Origin: Nitrospiraceae bacterium
GTDB taxonomy: Bacteria; Nitrospirota; Nitrospiria; Nitrospirales; UBA2166
Assembly (NCBI GenBank): GCA_002726235.1
Contig: PBSN01000008.1
Location: forward strand, 2,088-66,087
DNA length: 64,000 bases
Direction of reading: 5' to 3'
Part shown: in pieces, positions 11,093-20,042 of the stretch
Position numbering within the stretch: position 1 is the stretch's first letter
Layout of the letters: each line of letters opens with the position of its first letter
Notes under the pieces: generated by a model
What the model was told of the DNA's origin: nothing
Database searches by the model: none
Seen by the model: the letters and a program-made list of their open reading frames with translations, nothing else
Made by a program: the position numbers and the translations under genes

Positions 11093-11122
11093 GCTACGAC
11101 AAAATAGATTATTTGTCGTAGC
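11093..11122. repeat. Perfect 11-bp inverted repeat / stem-loop (GCTACGACAAA-N8-TTTGTCGTAGC) abutting the prfA stop codon
   Basis: Read directly: arms at 11093-11103 and 11112-11122 with an 8-nt loop. There is no clear U-tract on the transcribed (minus) strand. It sits between prfA and the murA SD. Confidence 0.6.
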
Positions 11123-12201
11123 TATTCAGCGAGGTCTGCAGCAGCTAAGGCATCAACCAGCTCATCAAGACTTCCTTGAAGAGTTCGGTCTAAGGTGTGC
11201 AGGGATAGCCCAATGCGATGGTCGGTGACCCGATTCTGAGGAAAATTGTAGGTTCGTATTTTTTCGCTTCGTTCCCCGCTGCCTACTTGGATGCGACGGT
11301 TTTTTGCAATGTCACCGTCTTGTTTTATTCGTTCGATTTCATCCAAACGAGATCGGAGCACACGCATGGCGGTCTGCTTATTCTTGAGTTGAGATCTCTC
11401 ATCTTGGCAGCTGACAACTAGTCCGGATGGCATGTGGGTAATTCGAACGGCGGAATAGGTGGTGTTGACCCCTTGGCCTCCTGGCCCTGAAGAACAGAAG
11501 GTATCGATGCGAAGGTCTTTTTGATCGATCTGTACGTCGACATCTTTGGCTTCAGGGAGTACAGCGACGGTGACAGTGGAGGTATGAAGCCGTCCGCTCG
11601 CCTCGGTTATTGGCACACGCTGAACTCGATGCACTCCGCGTTCGAACTTGAATCGACTATACGCACCTTTTCCTTCAATCAGAATGGTCGCCTCTTTGAG
11701 GCCTCCAAGATCATTGTGGTTTGCGTTGACGATTTCTGTTCGCCAGCCGTGTTTTTCGGTGTACCTAGCGTACATTCGGAGCATTTCCGAAGCGAATAAT
11801 GCTGCTTCAAGTCCGCCTGTACCAGCCCTGATCTCCACAAAAATATTTTTCTCATCGTTTAGATCTTTCGGTTTGAGTAGCTCTGCTGCACGAATGTCGA
11901 GCTCGGCACGGCGTGTGTGAAGCTCCTTTAATTCTTCGCCAGCCAGAAGCATTATTTCTGTATCAGTGTCTGGATTGTCAATAATTTCAACAACTTGCGA
12001 GACATGCCTGAGGACAGACTGATACTCTCCACACAACTCTGCGGCTTCGACAAGCTGCCGTCGTTCCTTATTAATTTTTTGGACTTGCTCTTGCTTGGAC
12101 AGAACCGAGGGGTCAGCTAGGAGAAGATTAAGCTCATCATAACGGGAAGCGGCCGCTTCGAGGCGGCTAAGGAGAAACGCCTCCTTTACTTCAGGCATCA
12201 C
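11122..12201 (-). CDS. prfA: Peptide chain release factor 1
   Basis: GGQ motif (SSGPGGQGVNTT) and an RF1-type PxT loop (RVQRVPITEASGRLHTS). 359 aa. Confidence 0.95.
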   Translation of the reverse strand: MMPEVKEAFLLSRLEAAASRYDELNLLLADPSVLSKQEQVQKINKERRQLVEAAELCGEYQSVLRHVSQVVEIIDNPDTDTEIMLLAGEELKELHTRRAELDIRAAELLKPKDLNDEKNIFVEIRAGTGGLEAALFASEMLRMYARYTEKHGWRTEIVNANHNDLGGLKEATILIEGKGAYSRFKFERGVHRVQRVPITEASGRLHTSTVTVAVLPEAKDVDVQIDQKDLRIDTFCSSGPGGQGVNTTYSAVRITHMPSGLVVSCQDERSQLKNKQTAMRVLRSRLDEIERIKQDGDIAKNRRIQVGSGERSEKIRTYNFPQNRVTDHRIGLSLHTLDRTLQGSLDELVDALAAADLAE

Positions 12202-12218
12202 ACGCTTATAACTGGAGT

Positions 12219-12446
12219 TTAACGGGTTTTTGAGGCGACAGGAGGAGTTTTTTTCTCGTATTTCTTTCGAAACTTTTCAACGCGACCCTCCGTATCAATA
12301 ATTTTCTGGGTTCCAGTGAAGAAGGGATGACATTGAGAGCACACTTCGATGCGCAAGTCCCCACGGGTGGAGCGGGTCTGAATCACAGCGCCGCAGGGGC
12401 ATGAAAAGGTCGCCTCTTTGTATTCTGGATGGATGCCTTTTTTCAT
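12219..12446 (-). CDS. rpmE: 50S ribosomal protein L31
   Basis: [10 protein letters not shown]-terminus with the CxC ... [10 protein letters not shown] zinc-ribbon pattern. 75 aa. Confidence 0.95.
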   Translation of the reverse strand: MKKGIHPEYKEATFSCPCGAVIQTRSTRGDLRIEVCSQCHPFFTGTQKIIDTEGRVEKFRKKYEKKTPPVASKTR

Positions 12447-12470
12447 GAGCAGTCTTCGTCCTTACTGTTT

Positions 12471-13718
12471 TTAGCGGTTCATGGATTCGAGAAATTCTTT
12501 GTTGGTCTTCGTTCCTTGCAGTTTGTCAAGAAGAAACTCAAGACTTTCCACTGTCCCGAGTGGGTGGAGAACCTTCCTGAGGATCCACATTTTGTTCAGT
12601 TTGTCCTTCTCTACTAGCAATTCCTCTTTCCGAGTTCCGGATTGGTTGATGTCGATTGATGGGAAAATTCGTTTGTCGGCCAGTCGTCGATCAAGGTGGA
12701 CTTCCATATTGCCAGTACCTTTAAACTCTTCAAAAATCACATCATCCATTCGGCTTCCCGTGTCCACAAGTGATGTTGCCACGATTGTTACGCTTCCACC
12801 CTCTTCAACATTGCGGGCTGCTCCAAAGAATCGTTTTGGCCGCTGCAATGCGCTTGCGTCGAGTCCTCCAGAGAGCACGCGTCCGCTTGAGGGAGCAATC
12901 GTGTTATATGCGCGAGCAAGACGTGTCAAGCTATCGAGCAGAATAACGACATCTTTTTTATGTTCCACGAGACGTTTCGTTTTCTCCAAAACCATCTCGG
13001 CAACTTGGGTGTGTCGTTGAGCAGGTTCGTCAAAGGTTGAACTCACCACTTCTGCATTGACCTGACGTTGCCAATCCGTCACCTCTTCCGGTCGTTCGTC
13101 AATGAGGAGGACAATTAGGGTGACGTCGGGATGGTTTTTCAGGATCGCTCGTGCGATAGCTTGTAGTAACATTGTCTTGCCTGTTCTGGGTGCTGCAACG
13201 ATCAGACCACGTTGTCCCTTTCCAATTGGGGAGGTGAGGTCAAGCATCCGGGTGTTATAGTCCTCGGGGCTATATTCCACTTCGATGCGTTCTTCCGGGT
13301 ATAGTGGGGTCAGGTTATCAAAGAGAATTTTATCCCGAGCTACCTCGGGGTCATCGTAATTGATCTTTTCTACTTTCAACAGCGCAAAGTATCGTTCGCT
13401 TTCCTTGGGGGGGCGAATCTGCCCCGAAATGGTGTCGCCGGTGCGCAGATTAAAGCGGCGGATCTGAGATGGTGAAATATAGATGTCATCTGGCCCCGGA
13501 AGGTAATTGGAGTCCGGAGCACGCAGAAATCCAAAACCGTCTTGGAGCGTTTCGAGCACGCCTTCACCAAAGATTGCCCCATTCTTCTCAGTTTGAGTCT
13601 GCAGGATTGAGAAAAGGAGTTCCTGTTTTCTCAGGTTCCCTGCTCCCTCAATGTGAAGCTCTTTGGCCACTTCATTGAGGTCTACAATGCTTTTCCGCTT
13701 TAACTCGCCAAGGTGCAT
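12471..13718 (-). CDS. rho: Transcription termination factor Rho
   Basis: N-terminal [24 protein letters not shown]-binding domain (GFGFLR), Walker A (APRTGKT), and the ATPase C-terminus. I moved the start to ATG 13718, which has GGGAGGAG about 10 nt upstream. The track TTG start at 13739 lies inside that SD. Confidence 0.95.
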   Translation of the reverse strand: MHLGELKRKSIVDLNEVAKELHIEGAGNLRKQELLFSILQTQTEKNGAIFGEGVLETLQDGFGFLRAPDSNYLPGPDDIYISPSQIRRFNLRTGDTISGQIRPPKESERYFALLKVEKINYDDPEVARDKILFDNLTPLYPEERIEVEYSPEDYNTRMLDLTSPIGKGQRGLIVAAPRTGKTMLLQAIARAILKNHPDVTLIVLLIDERPEEVTDWQRQVNAEVVSSTFDEPAQRHTQVAEMVLEKTKRLVEHKKDVVILLDSLTRLARAYNTIAPSSGRVLSGGLDASALQRPKRFFGAARNVEEGGSVTIVATSLVDTGSRMDDVIFEEFKGTGNMEVHLDRRLADKRIFPSIDINQSGTRKEELLVEKDKLNKMWILRKVLHPLGTVESLEFLLDKLQGTKTNKEFLESMNR

Positions 13719-14105
13719 AATGTTTTCAACTCCTCCCAATCAATAATTGTTGATCACGAGACTTATCCTTCATTCATTGGATCATAACTATACGGATTGT
13801 TGTTTTACCGTCTCCAACAAAAAGTTAGCCTCCATAGCTCTGTGGTCGTTTTTCATTGTTTTTCAATAATGAGACGATCCAGACAACGTGTGAAACCTTC
13901 ACGACGAAGAACGTCCAAAGTTTCTGTAGGGGAATGTGTTTAGAGGGCCTCTCCGGACGATGTAAACAGATCGAACGATCTGCTAGATTAACTGGAGGCC
14001 AGTATATCCAAAGGGGGGTATTGTGTCAATAGGGAACCTCTCCTAAGATGAGATAGCATTGAATGCGGTCACACTCAATTTCGGTAAAGCTATCTTTTGC
14101 ACAGA

Positions 14106-14130
14106 GCTACAAGGCTATCTACCTTGTAGC
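14106..14130. repeat. Perfect 9-bp inverted repeat GCTACAAGG-N7-CCTTGTAGC about 70 nt upstream of uvrC
   Basis: Read directly: arms at 14106-14114 and 14122-14130. It lies in the rho/uvrC divergent intergenic region. Function unknown (operator or 5' UTR hairpin). Confidence 0.55.
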
Positions 14131-14199
14131 CTCCTAGGAGCATATCCACCACCATTGTACAGTACCACGTACGGAGTGGAAAATTCTTACGGGCGTATT

Positions 14200-16008
14200 A
14201 TGAACAGCGTAGCGTTTCTTTCACATCTTCCGGACGATTCTGGCGTCTACCTAATGAAAGATTCAAAGGGTGAGATTATCTATATTGGGAAGGCTCGCTC
14301 GCTTTCGTCACGCGTACGATCGTATTTTCAGCGTGGTGCGGGCCATTCCTCCAAGACATCTTATATGGTCGAGGAGGTTGCGGATATCGATTGGATTATC
14401 ACGTCATCAGACCTCGAGGCTCTTTTGCTCGAAAGTAATCTCGTTAAACACCATCACCCTAGATTCAACGTTGTGCTTCGTGATGATAAGCAGTATCCCT
14501 ATCTTCGCCTCCCAGTAAAGGATGATTTTCCTCGGCTAACGGTTGTTCGCAAGGTCGAGAATGATGGCGCTCTGTACTTTGGACCCTATGTTCCGGCGGG
14601 AGCCTTGCGGGGAACCCTACGTGTCATCCAGAAGATGTTTCCGCTTGCCACCTGTGAACTCGATTTGAGCCAGCGCGTGGAACGTGCCTGTATTGACTTT
14701 GAAATCAAGCGTTGTATGGCTCCCTGCATTGGGAATCAATCGTCTGAGGAATATCATAGGATTGTGGCTCAGGTGCGGATGTTTCTTGAGGGTCGTGATC
14801 GTGAGCTGTGTGATGTGCTGAAGGCAAGCATGGTCGCGGCCGCTGACCGTCGTGATTTTGAAGAAGCTGCTCGAAAACGAGATCAATTGTTCAAAGTAAA
14901 GCGCGTATTGGAGAAGCAGCGTATTACTCAAGTTGGAATGGTTGACCAGGATGTGATTGGGATGGCTCGTGATGGAGCGCTACTGGCGGTGCATGTTCTT
15001 TTTGTGCGAGGGGGGCTTCTCATTGGGCGAAAGGAGTTTTTTTGGAGCAATGTGAAGGAACTGTCAGATCATGACTGTCTTCGATCCATCATCGAACAGT
15101 TTTATGCGATGGATCTCGTTTCTCCCAAGGAAATTTTGCTCCCCTTTCAATTGGAGGCTCAAAGTGTCATCATTTCGTGGTTGTCGCAACGAAAAGGGGC
15201 GGCAGTTCGAGTTACCGTTCCGAAACGAGGCGTGAAGGTTCGGTTGCTGGCATTGGCTCACGAAAACGCGGTGAGACGATTGCAAGAACATGCCATGCGG
15301 AAAATGTTGACTGTTGATGCGTCAGCGGCAGTGATGAGAGACCTCGGTCTAGCCGCTTTCCCAACACGTGTTGTTGGTGTTGATATCTCCAATATTCAAG
15401 GGGCTCAGCCGGTAGGGTCGGTGGTAGTTTTTGAGAATGGTGTTTCCAAAAAAGCCGAGTATCGCCGGTTTAGGATCAAAGGGGTAGATGGTCCTGATGA
15501 TTTTGCGATGATCGGCGAGGTTATGCAGCGATTTGGAACGCGCATCTGCAGTGGGGAAGTTCCACGGCCTGACCTTATTCTGATTGATGGTGGTCGGGGA
15601 CAATTGTCCTCTGCTCAGGTCAGTTTGGCGAAACTTGGTTTGGATGGGATTGAGGTAATCGGGCTGGCCAAGGCTCGTGGCGAGACGTTTGAGCGGGTTT
15701 TTGTGGGAGGAAATTCTGAGGCGATTCCACTCGATCCTCACTCGACGGCCACACATCTGCTACAGCGAGTTCGAGATGAGGCGCATCGGTTCGCGCTGAC
15801 CTATCATCGCAAACTGCGTGGTAAAGGGATGCTTGACTCTAGGTTGGACGAGATTGCAGGAATTGGCAAAGCGCGTAAGCAGGTTTTGCTGAAGCAATTA
15901 GGTTCAATTGACAAAATCCGACATGCGTCGGTGGAGGAACTTCAACGTGTTCGAGGGATTACGCCTCAGCTAGCACGTGCGATTCAGTCGTCGCTGGAAC
16001 AGGGCTGA
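14200..16008 (+). CDS. uvrC: Excinuclease ABC subunit UvrC
   Basis: GIY-YIG N-terminus (SGVYLMKDSKGEIIYIGKA), UVR domain (FEEAARKRDQL), and a C-terminal RNase H-like plus (HhH)2 region (IAGIGKARKQVLL). Start set to the in-frame ATG 14200 (MNSVAFLSHLP), because the 47-codon upstream extension looks non-coding. Confidence 0.93.
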   Translation: MNSVAFLSHLPDDSGVYLMKDSKGEIIYIGKARSLSSRVRSYFQRGAGHSSKTSYMVEEVADIDWIITSSDLEALLLESNLVKHHHPRFNVVLRDDKQYPYLRLPVKDDFPRLTVVRKVENDGALYFGPYVPAGALRGTLRVIQKMFPLATCELDLSQRVERACIDFEIKRCMAPCIGNQSSEEYHRIVAQVRMFLEGRDRELCDVLKASMVAAADRRDFEEAARKRDQLFKVKRVLEKQRITQVGMVDQDVIGMARDGALLAVHVLFVRGGLLIGRKEFFWSNVKELSDHDCLRSIIEQFYAMDLVSPKEILLPFQLEAQSVIISWLSQRKGAAVRVTVPKRGVKVRLLALAHENAVRRLQEHAMRKMLTVDASAAVMRDLGLAAFPTRVVGVDISNIQGAQPVGSVVVFENGVSKKAEYRRFRIKGVDGPDDFAMIGEVMQRFGTRICSGEVPRPDLILIDGGRGQLSSAQVSLAKLGLDGIEVIGLAKARGETFERVFVGGNSEAIPLDPHSTATHLLQRVRDEAHRFALTYHRKLRGKGMLDSRLDEIAGIGKARKQVLLKQLGSIDKIRHASVEELQRVRGITPQLARAIQSSLEQG

Positions 16009-16213
16009 CAGAATGTTGCAAAAGGCTGCCAGTGGTTTTCTCGGCTCGTTGCTGTGCTTACGTACTCCGCATGTGTTCTGTACGCCAAAGAGCCTAGGTT
16101 TGGCTGGCTGGGCCTTTTTGAACATCCTGCCCTTTAACTGGCGTTTGTCGTTTTTTATGTAGAATTAACGTCCTCTGAGCATTTTTAAGGTTTTCAATAA
16201 CTGTTAGAGAGTG

Positions 16214-16271
16214 TCGATGTGTGCGTATGCAGACATCGTAATGGAGTGAACGCGTCGAGTTCACACATCGA
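16214..16271 (+). promoter_or_regulatory. 5' leader with mutually exclusive hairpins upstream of the epimerase gene
   Basis: TCGATGTGTG (16214-16223) pairs perfectly with CACACATCGA (16262-16271). Alternatively, CGATGT (16215-20) pairs with ACATCG (16233-38) and GTGAAC (16246-51) pairs with GTTCAC (16259-64). The element ends 20 nt before ATG 16291. Confidence 0.3.
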
Positions 16272-16290
16272 GGTTAAGTAAGGTAAAAGC

Positions 16291-17295
16291 ATGATTTTGG
16301 TTACGGGGGCGGCAGGATTTATTGGGTCGCACGTATCACAACGTCTCCTGGAGCGCGGTGACACGGTGGTTGGTCTTGATAACGTGAATGAGTACTATGA
16401 CCCCACGCTGAAGGAAGCGCGATTGGCGCGACTCATGCCATTTGAAAAGTTTACCTTTTACCGGCAGGATCTTTCAGATCGTGCGGCAATGAAGGTACTG
16501 TTTGAGTCGAGGGCGATTCGCCAGGTGGTGCATCTTGCCGCCCAGGCAGGAGTCCGCTACTCGCTGGTCAACCCTTATGCCTATACGGAAAGTAACATTG
16601 AGGGGTTTCTGAATATTCTCGAAAACTGTCGGCATGCGAATGTTGAACATTTGCTGTATGCATCATCGAGTTCCGTCTACGGGAGCAATACCCAGATGCC
16701 ATTCTCCGTTCGTGATAATGTCGATCACCCAGTATCGTTGTACGCGGCCACTAAAAAAGCCAATGAGCTGATGGCGCATACCTACTCACATTTGTTCAAC
16801 CTTCCCTGCTCGGGTCTCAGGTTTTTTACCGTGTACGGCCCTTGGGGACGACCGGATATGGCGTTGTTTATTTTTACCAAGGCCATTTTAGAGGACAAAC
16901 CTATTGATCTGTTCAATTTTGGAAAGATGAAGCGGGATTTTACCTATGTTGACGACATTGTTACGGGCATCATGCACGTATTGGATAAACCGGCTGATCC
17001 TGACTCCACATGGTCTGGCGACGCGCCGAAGCCGGAAAGCAGTGTATCTCCCTACCGGCTCTACAATATCGGCAGCCATCGTCCTGTTGAATTGCTGCGG
17101 TTTGTCGAAATTATCGAAGAGGTGCTCGGAAAGAAAGCCATCAAGAACCTTAAGCCGATACAGCCAGGTGATGTTCCTTCAACTCATGCCGATGTTAGAG
17201 AATTGATGGAGCAGTATTCCTTTCAACCTAACACGCCGCTGGAAGAAGGTATTAAGAGATTTATCGAATGGTATCGAGAGTATTATAAGGCATGA
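16291..17295 (+). CDS. NAD-dependent sugar-nucleotide epimerase (extended SDR; UDP-glucuronate 4-epimerase-like)
   Basis: GAAGFIGSH Rossmann motif, a YAATK catalytic YxxxK, SSSSVYG, and 334 aa length. Substrate assignment is by family resemblance only. Confidence 0.85.
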   Translation: MILVTGAAGFIGSHVSQRLLERGDTVVGLDNVNEYYDPTLKEARLARLMPFEKFTFYRQDLSDRAAMKVLFESRAIRQVVHLAAQAGVRYSLVNPYAYTESNIEGFLNILENCRHANVEHLLYASSSSVYGSNTQMPFSVRDNVDHPVSLYAATKKANELMAHTYSHLFNLPCSGLRFFTVYGPWGRPDMALFIFTKAILEDKPIDLFNFGKMKRDFTYVDDIVTGIMHVLDKPADPDSTWSGDAPKPESSVSPYRLYNIGSHRPVELLRFVEIIEEVLGKKAIKNLKPIQPGDVPSTHADVRELMEQYSFQPNTPLEEGIKRFIEWYREYYKA

Positions 17296-18350
17296 AAGTT
17301 GGAATTCTTGGATATCCTCAAGTGGGGAGAACCACTTTGTTTGCGATGCTGACCAAACTGGAGAAAAACGCAAACACGTCGTCTTCAGCCGCGGAGACTT
17401 TGGTGGGGGTCGCCAAAATAAATGATCCACGTTTAACCATCCTAACCGGAATGTTTAAACCCAAGAAAACCATTCCTGCGACCCTTGATCTTGTCGACTT
17501 AGGGGGGGTCGGAAAGAAGGAAGCGCTACGTAATGTCGATGTTCTGGTGCATGTCGTGCGTGCATTTCACGACGAGGCGGTTCCGCATGCGAATGGGGAG
17601 GTTGATCCCGTACGAGATATTGCTGCCATGGAATTGGAACTCGTCATATCGGATTTGGCTTGGGTCGAAAATCGCCTCACAAAAATCGACAAAGAACTGC
17701 AAAAGATGCCTAAGGCTGGCCTGGAGCCGGAAAAGAAGGTGCTGACCAGATTCAGGACGCAACTTGAATCCGAGCGACCGTTGCGTGAGTTAGCATTGCA
17801 AGACGATGAAGTGAAGCTAGTTTTGGGCTACGGGTTTCTGTCCTTGAAACCGATGCTGTTTGTTCTAAACGTTGGTGAAGATGCGCTCGCAAAACCGGAT
17901 CACGGTGAAACCATGGAGCAACTCAATTCATATGAGGATAAGGCGAATACGCGGATTTTATCCGTCTGTGCAAAAATTGAGGCCGAGTTGGCGCAGTTGA
18001 GTCCTGATGATGTTGCGATGTTCATGGCAGATCTTGGTCTTGATGAGCCGGGACTAGATCGTTTGGCTCGGGAAGCGTATGGATTGCTTGGGCGCATCTC
18101 ATTTTTTACGGTCGGACCAGATGAGGTTCGTGCCTGGTCGATTCGACGAGGAACCATGGCGAAACAGGCAGCTGGTGCCATCCATTCAGATATCGAGCGT
18201 GGATTTATCCGTGCGGAAGTGGTGCACTATGATGATTTTATGCAGCATAAATCGATGGCTGTATGCAAAGAGAAAGGGATTTTTCGCCTTGAAGGGAAGG
18301 AGTATTTGGTGAGAGAAGGCGATATTATTAATTTTCGATTCAATGTGTAG
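17292..18350 (+). CDS. ychF: YchF/OLA1-family GTPase/ATPase homologue with a divergent G domain
   Basis: The C-terminal half aligns closely with E. coli YchF as I recall it (FFTVGPDEVRAWSIRRGTMAKQAAGAIHSDIERGFIRAEV ... GDIINFRFNV), and the NVxE G4 motif (LNVGED) is present. The P-loop reads GYPQVGRTT rather than GLPNVGKST. Confidence 0.85.
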   Translation: MKVGILGYPQVGRTTLFAMLTKLEKNANTSSSAAETLVGVAKINDPRLTILTGMFKPKKTIPATLDLVDLGGVGKKEALRNVDVLVHVVRAFHDEAVPHANGEVDPVRDIAAMELELVISDLAWVENRLTKIDKELQKMPKAGLEPEKKVLTRFRTQLESERPLRELALQDDEVKLVLGYGFLSLKPMLFVLNVGEDALAKPDHGETMEQLNSYEDKANTRILSVCAKIEAELAQLSPDDVAMFMADLGLDEPGLDRLAREAYGLLGRISFFTVGPDEVRAWSIRRGTMAKQAAGAIHSDIERGFIRAEVVHYDDFMQHKSMAVCKEKGIFRLEGKEYLVREGDIINFRFNV

Positions 18351-18456
18351 CATGATGTTGGCTGGAGGTCAGGATTCCAGTTGTCAGCAAAAGCCGAGTA
18401 AGCAAAAACTGAGCGTTGTGGCTGAACGCTGATAACTTTGTTACCTAGGAGTTGTC

Positions 18457-19014
18457 GTGAAAAAAAGTGTTTCCGTCGGGACCAGTGAAGCTGTGGTGAT
18501 GGGTCGGTCAGCCATGTGCGAAGCACTTGACCGCATTGCGGATGCTATTGTCGAGAATCACAAGGATGATGCTATGATGGCACTCGTTGGGATTCGGACC
18601 GGAGGTATCCATCTTGCTAGACGACTGGTTTCGACCATGCAAGAGCGGTTTGCTCGTGAGGTTCCTATCGGGACGCTAGATATCAATCTCTACAGGGACG
18701 ACTTGGTGGGGCGGGCTCGCCAGCCTGTGTTGCGAACGACTGATATTCCGTTTGATGTTACTGATCGGAACATTGTGCTCGTTGATGATGTACTTTTTAC
18801 CGGTCGAACGATTCGAGCCGCCATGGATGGTGTCATGGATTTGGGCAGACCGGCGCGCATTCAACTTGCTATCCTCGTCGATCGGGGGCATCGAGAACTT
18901 CCAATTGCAGCTGACTTTGTCGGGCGAGAACTTGTGACGACCGAGAAGCAGATGGTCAAAGTCCGTCTTCAGGAAGAGGGACATCTAACTGATGCCGTCA
19001 TCATCACGTCATAA
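18457..19014 (+). CDS. pyrR: Bifunctional pyr operon regulator / uracil phosphoribosyltransferase PyrR
   Basis: PRTase motif VLVDDVLFTGRT, and GIRTGGIHLA. 185 aa, first gene of pyrR-pyrB-pyrC. GTG start; ATG 18499 is an alternative. Confidence 0.9.
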   Translation: MKKSVSVGTSEAVVMGRSAMCEALDRIADAIVENHKDDAMMALVGIRTGGIHLARRLVSTMQERFAREVPIGTLDINLYRDDLVGRARQPVLRTTDIPFDVTDRNIVLVDDVLFTGRTIRAAMDGVMDLGRPARIQLAILVDRGHRELPIAADFVGRELVTTEKQMVKVRLQEEGHLTDAVIITS

Positions 19015-20011
19015 ACAGGCCATCCGATCTACCAAAGCGCCCCTCGACTCTTCACAGGAAGGCTGGATAGCCGGGAAAGATCTTCTAACGATCAAGGCAT
19101 TGGATGCACGCGATATCGAATTGATTATCGATACCGCCACCGCATTCCACGAAGTGGCTGGTCGGGCAATGAAGAAAGTTCCAGTGTTGCGCGGAAAAAC
19201 GATTGCAAATCTGTTCATCGAGCCGAGTACGCGGACACGAACGTCATTTGAGCTTGCGGCAAAACGACTCAGTGCGGATGTGGTGAACCTCTCTGGAGGT
19301 TCAAGCAGTATCATGAAGGGTGAGAGTTTGGTCGATACTGGACGAGCGCTCGAATGTATGGGGGTTGACCTGGTAGTCATTCGTCATTCTGCGGCGGGCG
19401 CGGCTCACACCTTGGCGCGAACGTTAAAGGCTGGAGTGGTGAACGCGGGAGATGGGGCGCATGAGCATCCTACTCAGGCTCTACTGGACCTTTTCACCAT
19501 TCGTGCGTGCGGAAAGAATGTGGCCGGCCTGCGTGTGGTGATGATTGGCGATATTACTCGAAGTCGCGTCGCACGCTCGAATATTCATCTCTTGACAAAG
19601 CTCAACGCAAACGTGTGTGTTGTTGGTCCACCTACCATGATTCCGCCGCATATCGAAAAATTGGGTGTGTCGGTGTCCTATGATTTAGAATCAGCACTCA
19701 AGGGAGCTGAACTGGTAATGATTTTGAGGGTCCAGCATGAGCGTGAACAACGTAGCCTTTTTCCGAATGTCCAAGAGTATGCGCGGTTCTATGGGGTCAC
19801 TAGAGAACGCTTAGCATTGGCTTCACCTGATGTTCTCGTTCTTCATCCCGGCCCGATGAATCGCGGGATCGAAATCGCCACTGAAGTAGCCGACGGGTTG
19901 TCATCAGTCATTTTGGACCAAGTCGCCAATGGGATTGCCGTGCGCATGGCCGTGCTTTATCTTCTGGTTGCCACACGCGAAACAACAAAAGGGGTAGGGG
20001 TGACACGATAG
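18992..20011 (+). CDS. pyrB: Aspartate carbamoyltransferase catalytic subunit PyrB
   Basis: STRTR, HEHPTQ and HPGP motifs. Overlaps the pyrR end by 23 nt. Confidence 0.93.
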   Translation: MPSSSRHKQAIRSTKAPLDSSQEGWIAGKDLLTIKALDARDIELIIDTATAFHEVAGRAMKKVPVLRGKTIANLFIEPSTRTRTSFELAAKRLSADVVNLSGGSSSIMKGESLVDTGRALECMGVDLVVIRHSAAGAAHTLARTLKAGVVNAGDGAHEHPTQALLDLFTIRACGKNVAGLRVVMIGDITRSRVARSNIHLLTKLNANVCVVGPPTMIPPHIEKLGVSVSYDLESALKGAELVMILRVQHEREQRSLFPNVQEYARFYGVTRERLALASPDVLVLHPGPMNRGIEIATEVADGLSSVILDQVANGIAVRMAVLYLLVATRETTKGVGVTR

Positions 20012-20042
20012 GTTCGCTACTTTGAACTTTCCGTGCAGAACC

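Noticed and set aside
12481-13020. 179-aa plus-strand ORF
   Set aside because: It is antisense to rho. The Ser/Arg/Thr-rich translation is typical of the shadow frame of a real gene.
14059-14199. 47-codon N-terminal extension of uvrC in the ORF track
   Set aside because: It starts at TTG, has no SD, and its sequence (MNAVTLNFGKAIFCTELQGYLPCSLLG...) is unlike any UvrC N-terminus. The GIY-YIG domain begins right after the internal ATG 14200. The extension also spans a perfect palindrome.
18351-18456. PyrR-binding attenuator upstream of pyrR
   Set aside because: There is a small hairpin (CTGGA-N9-TCCAG) containing UCCAG. The recalled PyrR binding-loop consensus (..UCCAGAGAGG..) and a terminator/antiterminator pair are not present.
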